From an uncultured delta proteobacterium (GTDB lineage: Bacteria; Desulfobacterota; Binatia; Binatales; Binataceae), in the NCBI GenBank assembly GCA_963765675.1, contig CAVXXK010000001.1:1216001-1280000 (forward strand): a stretch of 64,000 nucleotides of DNA. The letters are read 5' to 3'. Below the pieces are notes generated by a model. The model did no database searches. It was not told the origin of the DNA and saw nothing but the letters and a program-made list of their open reading frames with translations. The position numbers and the translations under genes are program-made. Positions within the stretch are counted from its first letter, which is position 1; each line of letters opens with the position of its first letter. Positions 32,570 to 42,234 of the stretch are shown piece after piece.

Positions 32570-33604
32570 TTAGCGGAAGCCCTGGATCGTGACCACTGCG
32601 GTCTGTCCGGTGCGCAACGGATATTCCGGATCGCTCTGATCGAGGGTGATCCGCACCGGAAAGCGCTGCGACAAACGAACCCAATTGAGGGTCGGCTCGA
32701 CCTGCGGCAGCCCATCGACGCTGGCGCCGTTTTGCTGGTAGAGCGCCCAGCCGACGCCCTGCACGGTTCCGCGGAACGGATGATTCGGATAGCTCAGCAG
32801 ATAGATCTGCGCGGTCATCCCGGGGCGGATATTTCCGAGAAAATTCTCGCGGAAATTCGCGACGACGTACCAGACCCGGTTGTCGACCAGGTTGAGCACG
32901 TCCTTGCCCTCGTTGGCGTACTGTCCGACCGCGATATTGAGATTGGTGACGTAGCCGTCGAAGGGGGCGCGCACGTAGCAATAGTTAACATTCAGGCGCG
33001 CGTTGGTGACGTCGGCCTCGGCCTGCTTGCGGCGCGCGTTGATATCGCCGTATTGGCCGAGTTCGCTCTGGGCCTGGCTGACGGTCGCGCGCGAATTCTC
33101 GACTGCGGCCTCCGCCGCACGCAGCTTGCTGCGCGCATCGAAGACGTCGTTGGCGGTGACGTAATGCTTGGCGAGTAGAGGCTCGATGCGATGCAGATAC
33201 TGGCGCGCGTATGCCAGGTCGGCCTCGCGCCGCTTCTGCTCGGAGCTTGCGGCGCGAATGGCGTCGTCGAGACCGTTTATCTGCAGGTTGGTCAGTTCAA
33301 GCTTGGCGACCAGCGCGTCGAGTATCGCCTGGTAGGGCCGCGGATCGACGATAAACAGCATATCGCCCTTGTGAACGTGCTGATTGTCGACGATCGGCAG
33401 CTTGATGATCGGTCCGCTGACGTGCGGCGCGACGCCGATCAGATTGGCCCGGACGTAAGCGTCGTCGGTGCGCGGATAGATGTAGTAAAGGCGCGTGACG
33501 AATACGATCGCGACGATCGCGGCCACGATAATCGCAACGCTCAGCAATCTTCCGATTGCTTTCAGTGCCGGATTGTCCGCCGGTACCTCGTCTCCAGGAG
33601 CCAT
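32570..33604 (-). CDS. mdtN: MdtN/AaeA-type membrane fusion protein
   Basis: YPRTDDAYV, VRAPFDGYVTNL, ANFRE, LNWVRLSQRFPVRI; follows ytcA. Confidence 0.88.
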   Translation of the reverse strand: MAPGDEVPADNPALKAIGRLLSVAIIVAAIVAIVFVTRLYYIYPRTDDAYVRANLIGVAPHVSGPIIKLPIVDNQHVHKGDMLFIVDPRPYQAILDALVAKLELTNLQINGLDDAIRAASSEQKRREADLAYARQYLHRIEPLLAKHYVTANDVFDARSKLRAAEAAVENSRATVSQAQSELGQYGDINARRKQAEADVTNARLNVNYCYVRAPFDGYVTNLNIAVGQYANEGKDVLNLVDNRVWYVVANFRENFLGNIRPGMTAQIYLLSYPNHPFRGTVQGVGWALYQQNGASVDGLPQVEPTLNWVRLSQRFPVRITLDQSDPEYPLRTGQTAVVTIQGFR

Positions 33605-33614
33605 GGCGCCGCCG

Positions 33615-33893
33615 TCACACCCGATTAAAAAAGATTACCCAGAAGACGCATCCGAGCAGAACCGCAAGGCTCGCGTAAACCGCGGGCAACGGCCACATGT
33701 AACGCTCGACGCCGACCGCGACAAAGATTGGCCGCAGCAGCGCGGCGAGGATCGCGCCCACGATCGCGGCGACGAGCCAGCTCGGAAAATTCGCGCCCGC
33801 GATATTGACGATCGGATCGCATCCCGCCGCCGTGCACAGCGCGCAGGCCGCGATCACCGGACGCAGCGGAATCGATAGTGCCCTATGATTCAT
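33615..33893 (-). CDS. ytcA: YtcA family lipoprotein
   Basis: AAGC lipobox, then P..NIAGANFPSWL and two TM helices, directly upstream of an MdtN-like gene. Confidence 0.85.
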   Translation of the reverse strand: MNHRALSIPLRPVIAACALCTAAGCDPIVNIAGANFPSWLVAAIVGAILAALLRPIFVAVGVERYMWPLPAVYASLAVLLGCVFWVIFFNRV

Positions 33894-33947
33894 GCGGGAA
33901 AGATTCTACGCGCCGGATTGCGCGTAAGCATCATCGCCGGGCGATCA

Positions 33948-33971
33948 AAAATTATCATCAAAATTATCATC
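33948..33971. repeat. Perfect 12-bp tandem repeat in the divergent promoter region
   Basis: aaaattatcatc x2. Confidence 0.75.
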
Positions 33972-34084
33972 GAAACCGTCCTGGATCGGCGCGATTTCAG
34001 AGCGCAGGCGGACTAGGCTTGTGCGGACCGGGGCCGGGATAAACCGGATCGGCGGACTTCGCAAGCGTCAATCTCGAGGGCTTT

Positions 34085-35626
34085 ATGTACGCGAAAACGA
34101 TTACGGATTATAACCTTCGCGCGGACGTTCGGCAGAGACGCAAATTAACGCGCGCGAGAATTCCCGTCCGCGCGGCGGCGCTGCTTCTTGCCGCGTGGAT
34201 CGCGGGATGCGCCAGCTACGCCGAGCGGCCCGAGATTACGCCCGATCTCTACTCGCCCGCCGCGGCAGATAGTCCATGGACTCCGGCCGCGCGCGAACAG
34301 CCGCAGTATCACATTGCGGCGGTGACGCAGGAGATCGCGCAAGCAGGTTCGGAAAATCATTCGGCCGCGCACGGGTCGCGCTACGACCTGCCGCGGCTGA
34401 TCGATCTGGCGCTGCGGCTGAATCCGAACACTCGCCAGTCGTGGCAATTGGCGCGTTCAGCGGCCGCATCCTATGGAATCGCGCAGGCGCCCTACTATCC
34501 GCGCGCGAGTTTTGAGGCCGACGGCGGCTACAACCGCCTGCTGTTCCAGGTCAATCCGGGACCTGCCGTGATCAAGCAATGGTCGGCGTCGCCGATGGCC
34601 GAGCTGACCTACACGCTGCTCGATTTCGGCCGGCGCAGCGCGGATTCCGAGCTGGCGCGACAGGAACTCGCGGCGGCGAACTTCGGCTTCAATCGAACGA
34701 TGCAGACCGTCGTGTACGAGGTGCAGAGCGCCTACTACTCTCTCGCCGCGGCGCAGGCCGCCGTACAGGCCGCGACCGAAAACGTGGAGCTGGCGCGCAC
34801 GGACCTCGAGGCGGTTTCGCGCCGCGTAAATCTGGGACTCGCGACCGAGCCGGCATTGCTGCTCGCGCGCGAAAGTGAGGCGCAGGCCGAGTATCAGCTT
34901 GAAAGCGCGCACACCCTCGTCAACGATTCGCGCGCGGGGCTCGCGGTCGCGGTCGGAGTGGCGGCCGATCAGCCGCTCGAAATTGAGAGCCTCGACCATC
35001 AGCCAGTGCCGAAAACACTCGGCAAGGAAGTCGAGCAGTTGATCACCGAAGCGGTTCGCGAGCGTCCCGACCTCGAGGCGGAAGCGGCGAGGTATCGCGC
35101 CAGCGAAGCCGCGGTGAAGCGCTCGCACGCCGAATGGTTTCCGGTGCTGACGGCGGGCGCCAACTATGGCGAGCAGGCGTGGTGGTACACGTTCTCGAAC
35201 TCGAACACGATCAAGAGCGCCTCGCCGCAGTACGAAGCGCTGCTAACGTTGCGTTGGGACATTTTTACCGGCTTCAGCCGTCTCGACGACGATCGGCGCA
35301 CCGAGGCCAATCGCAAGGCCGAGCGCGAGAGCGTCAAGTCGCTTGAGCTCGAAACGATCGCGGAGGTCTGGCGCTCCTACTACGACTTTCAGACCGCGGT
35401 GAAGAAATACCAGTTCGCGCAGGCGCTGCTTGCCGCCGCGCAGGAATCCTACAACGACAATCTCGACACCTACCGCCAGGGCCTGAGCACAATCGTCGAG
35501 CTCCTGACCGCCGACACCGCGCTGGCGAACGCCCGCCTGACGATGGTCCAATCCACCGCGGAGCTACTGACCTCGTCAGCAACGGTCGCATACGCGGTTG
35601 GCGCGGTGGATCTGCCGCGGCGATGA
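34085..35626 (+). CDS. TolC/MdtP-type outer-membrane efflux lipoprotein
   Basis: LLLAAWIAGC lipobox, LIDLALRLNP, LLDFGRR, RPDL, YRQGLSTIVELL; exact start uncertain. Confidence 0.9.
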   Translation: MYAKTITDYNLRADVRQRRKLTRARIPVRAAALLLAAWIAGCASYAERPEITPDLYSPAAADSPWTPAAREQPQYHIAAVTQEIAQAGSENHSAAHGSRYDLPRLIDLALRLNPNTRQSWQLARSAAASYGIAQAPYYPRASFEADGGYNRLLFQVNPGPAVIKQWSASPMAELTYTLLDFGRRSADSELARQELAAANFGFNRTMQTVVYEVQSAYYSLAAAQAAVQAATENVELARTDLEAVSRRVNLGLATEPALLLARESEAQAEYQLESAHTLVNDSRAGLAVAVGVAADQPLEIESLDHQPVPKTLGKEVEQLITEAVRERPDLEAEAARYRASEAAVKRSHAEWFPVLTAGANYGEQAWWYTFSNSNTIKSASPQYEALLTLRWDIFTGFSRLDDDRRTEANRKAERESVKSLELETIAEVWRSYYDFQTAVKKYQFAQALLAAAQESYNDNLDTYRQGLSTIVELLTADTALANARLTMVQSTAELLTSSATVAYAVGAVDLPRR

Positions 35627-35656
35627 GCAAAGCTGATAGCATAGTTGTAGACTTGA

Positions 35657-35845
35657 ATGAGCATGAGAGACGCGATGAACAGACGACGGGGCGGGGAAAC
35701 TGGTTCATTGACGGATTGGATTGAGCGCCGAATCGATCGGGAAGGGCTGCGGCGGGAAGTCGATGAACTGGTAGATCAGATGATGATTCAGCAGCGGCTG
35801 ACCGAGATGCGTGAGCGGTCCGGCACGACTCAGCGTGAGTCTTAA
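35657..35845 (+). pseudogene. Truncated XRE/HigA-like antitoxin
   Basis: QQRLTEMRERSGTTQRE is the start of an XRE helix-turn-helix; the stop codon lies within the left end of the REP pair. Confidence 0.7.
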
Positions 35846-36030
35846 GTGGCACAGGCTTTAGCCTGTGTCTTCGGCTCTTCGCCTGCTCTTCAAACTTTTC
35901 AGTGATCGGGAAAGTGTTGAGGATCTGAGTCTGGAATTTCCGTCCGGCTCATGAAAACTCTCTGAACTCAGATGATGACACCCATCTTCTGAGGACCTAA
36001 GAACACAGGCTAAAGCCTGTGCCACCTAAG
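35841..36030. mobile_element. REPIN-like element: inverted pair of GTGG-type REPs with a structured spacer
   Basis: gtggcacaggctttagcctgtg (35846-35867) is the exact reverse complement of 36004-36025; complementarity extends to cttaa/ctaag; inner IR atctgagt/actcagat. Confidence 0.8.
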
Positions 36031-36063
36031 AACCAGCCGCGCGAGGCTCTCATGGTGCGACAT
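36031..36063 (-). pseudogene. N-terminal stub of a probable HEPN/DUF86 toxin
   Basis: ATG overlapping the end of the MNT gene reads [10 protein letters not shown], then runs into the REP and stops; position and opening residues fit MNT-HEPN pairs. Confidence 0.55.
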
Positions 36064-36358
36064 ACTCGACCTCGGCTTCGGCGACCGTTCGTTCGCGGAA
36101 ATATTTGCTCAGAAATGCCGGCGTATTGAGATCCACTTTCCGCTTAAGGATCGCCGAAAGCTCGCTTTCCATCGCAAAGAATTCCAGGCCGGGCACGAAT
36201 CCGGGCCGGAACTCTACCAGCACGTCGACATCGCTTTCAGCCCCGAAGTCGCCCCGCAGGACGGAGCCAAATAGCGCCAGCTTGCTAATCTGGTGACGAC
36301 GGCAGAAGTCGGCAATGGCCGCCTTTGGAATTTTGATTTTCGCGCGAGGCATATTCAT
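36050..36358 (-). CDS. mntA: Minimal nucleotidyltransferase (MNT) antitoxin
   Basis: [20 protein letters not shown]...[14 protein letters not shown]. Confidence 0.92.
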   Translation of the reverse strand: MNMPRAKIKIPKAAIADFCRRHQISKLALFGSVLRGDFGAESDVDVLVEFRPGFVPGLEFFAMESELSAILKRKVDLNTPAFLSKYFRERTVAEAEVEYVAP

Positions 36359-36484
36359 GACGTTGCCGGCCGGGCGACTTCAGACCTCGAATCTCGAATG
36401 AATATATCGGATCGCCAAGGACGTTTCCTCTACTTCGACTTCGGGTTCTCGCGGCTGAGTTGGTATGCTCGCCGTCATGACCGC

Positions 36485-37274
36485 CTACTCGATCTTCACC
36501 AGCAGGCCCTTGTTGCGGGCTGAGGCGAAGATCCAGTTGAAAAACAGGATCGCCGCGGCGAAGTAGCTCGCGTTGAGGCCTATTCCCCACCAGAAGTGGA
36601 CGCGCGAGAATCCGCCGCCCGCCAGCACCTGGCGCATCCCTTCGAAGGCGTGCGTCGTCGGCAGTATCCATGCGATAGCACGGAGCACGCGCGGCAGCGA
36701 TTTGATCGGATAAAACACGCACGAGACCGGCTGCAGCAGACCCGGCGAAGCTCCACGCCAGCGTCTGGATTCGCGTCGTGTAGCGCACGATCAGCCCGGC
36801 CATGATGATCCCGATCGCGAACGCGAACAGCACCAGGTTCAGCATGTAGGGCAGGAACGCGCCCAAGAGCGGCACGATATCGAACTTGTACGCCACGATC
36901 GCGATCGCGCTGGCGCACGAGAAGCCGACGATCACCTTAACCACGTTCACGCAGATGAGCCCGGTGATGTACTCCCACACGCTGAGCGGCGAGGAGAACA
37001 GGTTGATCATGTTGCGCGCCCATAGCTCGTCGAGAAAACCGACCGTCATGTCGCGCTGAAACGCGAAGAAGATTCCCCACAGGATCGCCGCGCCAAGCAG
37101 AAAGCTCACCAGGTCCGGATGCAGGCGATTGCCCTGGCTCAGGTAGATCGTGAAGAAGCCCCACAGGATGATGTCGAGCACCGGCCAGTAAACCATGTCC
37201 ATGAAGCGATCCACGTTGCGCCGCGCCTCGTAGCAGTGGCGAACGATTACCGCCATTACGCGATGTAATTTCAT
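36485..37274 (-). CDS. ABC-2 type permease (apparent +1 frameshift near 36742)
   Basis: MKLHRVMAV...YWP...ELWARN..NLF.SPL continues in the next frame as VSCVFYP...LPTTHAFEGMR. Confidence 0.88.
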
Positions 37275-38014
37275 GCGCTGATCCTTTCCCGCACGATGCG
37301 CAGGAAGACTTCCTCGAGCGCGGGTTCGTCGCGCTCTTCTTTGAGAATCGCCTGCGTGATTTCGATCGGGCTGCCCTGAGCGATCACGCGGCCGTGATTG
37401 AGAAACACGATCCTGCTGCACATCTGCTCGACCTCGGCCATGTTGTGCGAGGTGTACAGAATCGTGGTGCCCTGCTCGCGCTGCACCCGCATCATCATTT
37501 CCTTCACCTGCCACGCGATCTCCGGGTCGAGGTATGCGGTCGGCTCGTCGAGCAGCAACAGCCGCGGATCGTTGAGCATCGCCTTCGCAAGGCCGACGCG
37601 CGTGTTCTCGCCCGACGACAGCCGCGCCACGGGTTTGTTGCGCAGATCGGTGATGCCGAAGGTTTCGAGCAGCGCGTCGATCTTCTCGCGCCGGCGCGGC
37701 ACGTTATACAGCCGCGCGAACACCAGCAGGTTCTCCAGCACCGTCAGCCGGTACGGAAACGCGACGTACGGCGACGTGAAGTTGATCGCCTGCAGAATTT
37801 CCTCGCGATGCGTCCGGATGTCGTGGCCGAAAATTCGCACTTCGCCCGCGCTCGGCGTGATCAGCCCGAGAATCATGTGGATGGTCGTGGTCTTGCCCGC
37901 GCCATTAGGCCCAAGCATCCCGATAATCTCGCCCGGCTCGATTCCAAAACTCACGTCGTCGACGGCGGTGAAATTTCCGAAGCGTTTGGTCAGATGATTT
38001 ACTTCAACCAGCAT
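37271..38014 (-). CDS. ABC transporter ATP-binding protein (drug-exporter type)
   Basis: GPNGAGKTT, LSSGE, LLLDEPT, TSH. Confidence 0.96.
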   Translation of the reverse strand: MLVEVNHLTKRFGNFTAVDDVSFGIEPGEIIGMLGPNGAGKTTTIHMILGLITPSAGEVRIFGHDIRTHREEILQAINFTSPYVAFPYRLTVLENLLVFARLYNVPRRREKIDALLETFGITDLRNKPVARLSSGENTRVGLAKAMLNDPRLLLLDEPTAYLDPEIAWQVKEMMMRVQREQGTTILYTSHNMAEVEQMCSRIVFLNHGRVIAQGSPIEITQAILKEERDEPALEEVFLRIVRERISA

Positions 38015-38089
38015 TTGAATCGTCTCCTGTCGTCCGGCGCCTGTCCTGCTTCGATTGATGGCTGAGGCCCGCGAAAAGAACCGCCGGCG

Positions 38090-38139
38090 AAAAATAAAAA
38101 AAGGCGGCTGCGGATGCGCGATGCACCCGGGGCCGCCTT
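38090..38139 (-). terminator. Intrinsic terminator in the 5' leader of the ABC operon
   Basis: Minus strand aaggcggc-cc-cgggtgc-atcgc-gcatccg-ca-gccgcc followed by T7-A-T5; the inner stem pairs fully (G-U) only on the minus strand. Confidence 0.85.
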
Positions 38140-38162
38140 CTATTTCCTGTTTCTGATGCTAC

Positions 38163-38234
38163 CTAATGGGCAGGAAGCAGGAGGAACGCGCACCCACGGG
38201 CCGATACCGCTTTATTTCGTTCGATGGCCAACAT
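38163..38234 (-). CDS. Putative leader peptide MLAIERNKAVSARGCAFLLLPAH (alternative in-frame start at 38267)
   Basis: 23-codon ORF ending about 23 nt before the leader terminator; candidate extended -10 TGcTAGCAT at 38281-38289. Confidence 0.55.
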   Translation of the reverse strand: MLAIERNKAVSARGCAFLLLPAH

Positions 38235-38327
38235 GGGTGTTTGCGCGAGCGCCTCCCGAAAACTCATTCAGACCGCAGTCATGCTAGCATACGCGCCAAC
38301 GGCTGACTATCCTTGTGAGTACCGCTC

Positions 38328-39649
38328 ATGCGAACCGATCTTCGAACCGACTTGCGCGGCCTTGCGGTCACTGCGAACTCCGACGAAGCGGTCGCCGCTA
38401 TCGATCGCTACACCGACGCCGCGATCGCGCTTAAGCCCGGGATGGATGCGATCGTCGCCGCCGCCGACGCGCATCGCGACTGCGCGATGCTGCAGGCGTG
38501 CGCGGCGTCCTTGTTCGCGCTCTCGCAATCGACGGGGCAGGCGCGGCGCGGGGATCAGTACCTGGCGCGGGCGCGCGAGCGTATCGGCGATTTGACCGAG
38601 CGCGAGCGGATTTTTATCGACGCGGTTGGCGCCGGATGCGCCGGCGACTTCATGCGCGCGCTGGGATTGTACGAACAGATCGCGGAACTAGGTGGCCGCG
38701 CGACCTGCTCGCGGCAAAAATCGCCGAGTTTCATTTCTTCGAAACCGGACTCGCCGCGCGCCAGCTCGGCTTCATGGAAAAAATCGCGCCCGCGAATCGC
38801 GATTCCAGCCATGCGCAGGCGATGCTCGCGTTCGCCTGCGAGCTCAACGCGGCGCGCCACCGGGCCGAAGAGCTGGCGGTCCAGGCGCTCGAGCAGGATC
38901 CGCTCACGATGTGGGCGCAGCATTGCCTTGCGCATGTCTTCGCCGGCGACTCGCGCGTCGCCGAAGGGGTCGCCGCGCTGGAACGCTACGCGCCGTCGTG
39001 GGATCGCTTTGGGCAGTACATCCAGTCGCACAACACCTTTCATCTGGCGACGCTTTACCGGACCGAACTCGATTTCGCCCGCGTGCTCGACGCCTACCGC
39101 CGGCATATCTGGGGCTTTCAGCCCGACGCCGTGGTCGAGCACACCGACGCGATTTTGCTCTTGTGGTACGTCGAGCTGGCGGGCGGCGATGTCGGCGGAC
39201 GCTGGCGCGAGATTGCGCCGCACGTGCGCGCCCGCGCGCATGAGCAGGTCTTTCCGTTTCTCAACTCGATCTACCTGTTCGCGCTCGAGCGCGCCGGCGA
39301 ATCGGCGGAGGTCGATCGCGCGCTCGACGAAATGCGTCGCCATGCCGAGCGCCTGAGCGGCGATGCCGCGCGAGTCTGGAACGAAGTGGGGATGGCTGAG
39401 GCGCGCGGATGCGTCGCATATGCTCGCGGCGAGTTCGATCGGACGGCGGATTTACTCGGCGCGATATTGCCGGAGATCGCGATTTGCGGCGGCAGCGACG
39501 AGCAGCGCGGCGTCTTCCACGAAGCGCACTTCATGAGCCTGATCAAAGCGGGGCGCAAGCGCGAGGCCGCGGCCGCGCTCACCGCCTATGCCGGCGCGAG
39601 TCCTATGACCAAGCTCGACCGCCGATGGTTCGAGATGGCCGCCGTCTGA
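38328..39649 (+). CDS. TTC38-like tetratricopeptide repeat protein (apparent frameshift near 38688)
   Basis: DLRGL.VT, LTERER, WPRDLLA, MLAFA.E, WAQHCLAHV, HNTFHLA, GGSDEQR. Confidence 0.85.
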
Positions 39650-39662
39650 CGGCCGATTCGCT

Positions 39663-41276
39663 TTGCGCAACTGGAAAATCGCGATCGTCTGCATATCTTT
39701 CGTCGCCGCCGTGATTTTCATCATGGCGCGATACGCGTGCGCCGCCTCTGCGCCTGATGCCGCGCGCGATCCGGCGATCGCCGCCGCCGATCGGCTCGAG
39801 CAGCTCGCCACGCTGCGTTTTGGCGCCCTGAGCGCTGCCGAGCGGATGACGGTGCGGGCGGCGCCGCAGCGTCAGCTCAAATGGCTCGGCCCGGCCGCCG
39901 GTCCCGACAATCCGGCCAACGACCTTACGCAGGCGGAGAAGTGGGGACCGGAACGCACGGTTCGCGCCGACATCGTGCGCTGGCTCTACGCCGATCCGCA
40001 GGCGTATGCGCTGATGGATCAGAGCGGACTCGGAATCGCCGGCGCGCGGATCTCGGGCGAGCTGGATTTTTCGTACCTCAGGATCGACAAACCGATCACG
40101 ATTTTTCAATGCTACATTCCCGACGGAGTCGACGCGTCAAATGCGAACTTGCGCAGTCTCGATCTCCGCGCCAGCCGCACCGGAGCGGTGACCGCCGACG
40201 TGGCGACGATCGACGGCGACCTCGATCTGCAATTCGGGCGCTACGCGACGGTAAGCATCTTTCGCACGAAGATCACTGGCAGCCTCGATCTGTCGGGGGC
40301 GCGCGTGACCGGCACGGATCTGGACTCGATCTCGGCGCAGGAGGCGCGAATCGGCGACGACGCGGAATTCGATCAGGGTTTCGCGACCGATGGGACGGTA
40401 GATTTTCGTCTCGCGCGAATCGGCCAGGCGCTGAGCTTCAAGGACGCAAATTTTTTCGGCGACGGCGCAAACGGCCTCGACGCCGACCGCGCACAGATCT
40501 CCGGACCGCTCTACTGGGACGGGATTCGGCATACCCCGCAGACGATTCTCGATCTGGCTGACACGACGGCGCAGGAGCTCTACGACGATCGCGACAGTTG
40601 GCCCGCGGCAGGAAAACTGGACGTCGATGGGTTCGTTTACAACGCGATAATCGGCGGTCCAGCCACCGCCGGCGAACGGCTCCAATGGCTCGCGCTACAG
40701 CCCCCGGGATATCGCCCGCGTCCCTACCGGCAGCTTGCGCAAGTGCTGCGCGAAGAAGGGCGTGACGACGGCGCGGTCGAGGTGATGATCGCCCAGCGGG
40801 TCGCGCAGCGCCGCTTCGGTCATCTGAGCGCGTCCGAACGGGCGTGGAACCTGATGCTCGAGGCGACGATCGGCTACGGCTACAGGCCGCTGCGTGCGCT
40901 GTGGTGGATCGGAGGATTCGTGATCCTGGGCGCGCTTCTATTCGGCACCGGATATCGATTGCGAGTGATTACGCCGACCGAATCGGACGCCTACGAAACT
41001 TTCGAGCGCTCGGGCGACACGCCGCGGCATTATCCGCCGTTCAACGCGCTGGTCTATTCGCTGGAAAATTTTTTGCCGGTCGTCGATCTTCACCAGGGGA
41101 TGTTCTGGCGGCCGAACCCACGCCATCCCGCGCGCTCGCGCCGTGCTGATTCTGCCGGTTCCGGAACTCTCACTGCTACGCTTTTGCGATGGTACCTGTG
41201 GCTGCACATTCTGGCCGGATGGATCCTGACGCCACTTCTGTTCGCGGGCCTGTCGGGTTTGATTCGCCCCGACTGA
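39663..41276 (+). CDS. Membrane protein with beta-solenoid-like repeats and a C-terminal 2TM/pore-helix-like module
   Basis: N-terminal hydrophobic segment; repeated I.G.LDL units; PYRQLAQVLR..G; GYGYRP.RA, TM, YSLENFLPVVDL, TM ending LSGLIR. Confidence 0.75.
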   Translation: MRNWKIAIVCISFVAAVIFIMARYACAASAPDAARDPAIAAADRLEQLATLRFGALSAAERMTVRAAPQRQLKWLGPAAGPDNPANDLTQAEKWGPERTVRADIVRWLYADPQAYALMDQSGLGIAGARISGELDFSYLRIDKPITIFQCYIPDGVDASNANLRSLDLRASRTGAVTADVATIDGDLDLQFGRYATVSIFRTKITGSLDLSGARVTGTDLDSISAQEARIGDDAEFDQGFATDGTVDFRLARIGQALSFKDANFFGDGANGLDADRAQISGPLYWDGIRHTPQTILDLADTTAQELYDDRDSWPAAGKLDVDGFVYNAIIGGPATAGERLQWLALQPPGYRPRPYRQLAQVLREEGRDDGAVEVMIAQRVAQRRFGHLSASERAWNLMLEATIGYGYRPLRALWWIGGFVILGALLFGTGYRLRVITPTESDAYETFERSGDTPRHYPPFNALVYSLENFLPVVDLHQGMFWRPNPRHPARSRRADSAGSGTLTATLLRWYLWLHILAGWILTPLLFAGLSGLIRPD

Positions 41277-41441
41277 TCAGACTTTGAGGCTTCGTTTGCG
41301 GCCGACTGCTCCGCCGATCACTAGCCCAACCGCCGCGCCGATTGCGAGCCAGACTCCAAGATTTTGAAGCGTGAATCCGATCGCCGCGCCAATCGCGGCT
41401 CCGAGAACGATACCGGAGCAAATCGCGGAACTTTGTTTCAT
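41277..41441 (-). CDS. Small glycine-zipper 2TM membrane protein (54 aa)
   Basis: Below the ORF-track cutoff: MKQSSAICSGIVLGAAIGAAIGFTLQNLGVWLAIGAAVGLVIGGAVGRKRSLKV; GGAGG just upstream; fills the gap exactly. Confidence 0.75.
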   Translation of the reverse strand: MKQSSAICSGIVLGAAIGAAIGFTLQNLGVWLAIGAAVGLVIGGAVGRKRSLKV

Positions 41442-41493
41442 ACCTCCACGGTATCAGGCGCGCCGGATGAATCGATCCAGATAATTTCGAGAC

Positions 41494-42177
41494 TCAGTCG
41501 TCGCGCGAGAACGCCGACGCCATCGCCATGAAGTGCTCGTGGCCAACCGCGATGAACAAGCCTTCGGCCTCGGCGGTCAGCTTGCCCTCGCACGAGACGG
41601 TCCCGATGGTGAAAATCTTGCGCCCCTCGACGCGATCAACCCGCGCGTCGAACACCAGCTCCTTAAGCAGCGGAGTCGGACGGCGATAGCGCACGGTGAG
41701 CGTGCCGGTCATGCCGGGATTTCCGGTCAGCGACTGCGCCATTCCGAGCACTTCGTCAAACGCGGCGGCGAGATAACCGCCATGGACGTGGCCGGGCGGA
41801 CCCTCGTATGCGACTCCGAAAGTTGCGCGGCCTTCGACCCGATCGCCGACTACCGCGAGCCGAATCGGCGGCGCGAGCGGATTCGCCATCCCGATGAGCG
41901 GGCTGTGATCGAAAAATACGTGCGTATCGCCCGCGTTGGCGGCTTCCGCCCATCCTTCGTACACCCGCGTGGTTGGGTATTTCGCCAGGCGATCGGCGTA
42001 TTTCTCCAGAGCGTCGGCGGCGGTGCGCAGATCCTCTTCGGGCGCGGCGACCTGCACCAGGTGATCGATCACCCGGCGCATCGCGTTCGCGATCCGCTGC
42101 GCCTCGGCGCGGCGGCCGGTCGCGGGAACCTGCGACTGAGCCCATATGGTTTCGAAATTGTACGGCTTTTCATTCAT
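41494..42177 (-). CDS. PaaI family thioesterase
   Basis: SPLIG.ANPLAPP, YEGPPGHVHGG, FDEVLG, LTVRYRRPTPL. Confidence 0.9.
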   Translation of the reverse strand: MNEKPYNFETIWAQSQVPATGRRAEAQRIANAMRRVIDHLVQVAAPEEDLRTAADALEKYADRLAKYPTTRVYEGWAEAANAGDTHVFFDHSPLIGMANPLAPPIRLAVVGDRVEGRATFGVAYEGPPGHVHGGYLAAAFDEVLGMAQSLTGNPGMTGTLTVRYRRPTPLLKELVFDARVDRVEGRKIFTIGTVSCEGKLTAEAEGLFIAVGHEHFMAMASAFSRDD

Positions 42178-42234
42178 GGATGACGCCATCGGGTGCGGAT
42201 GCCAGAATCGTACATGCGCAGTATTCGCGGGTCT

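Noticed and set aside
35841-36030. Mini-CRISPR or IS element
   Set aside because: The repeats are inverted, not direct; no cas or transposase gene and no clear target-site duplication
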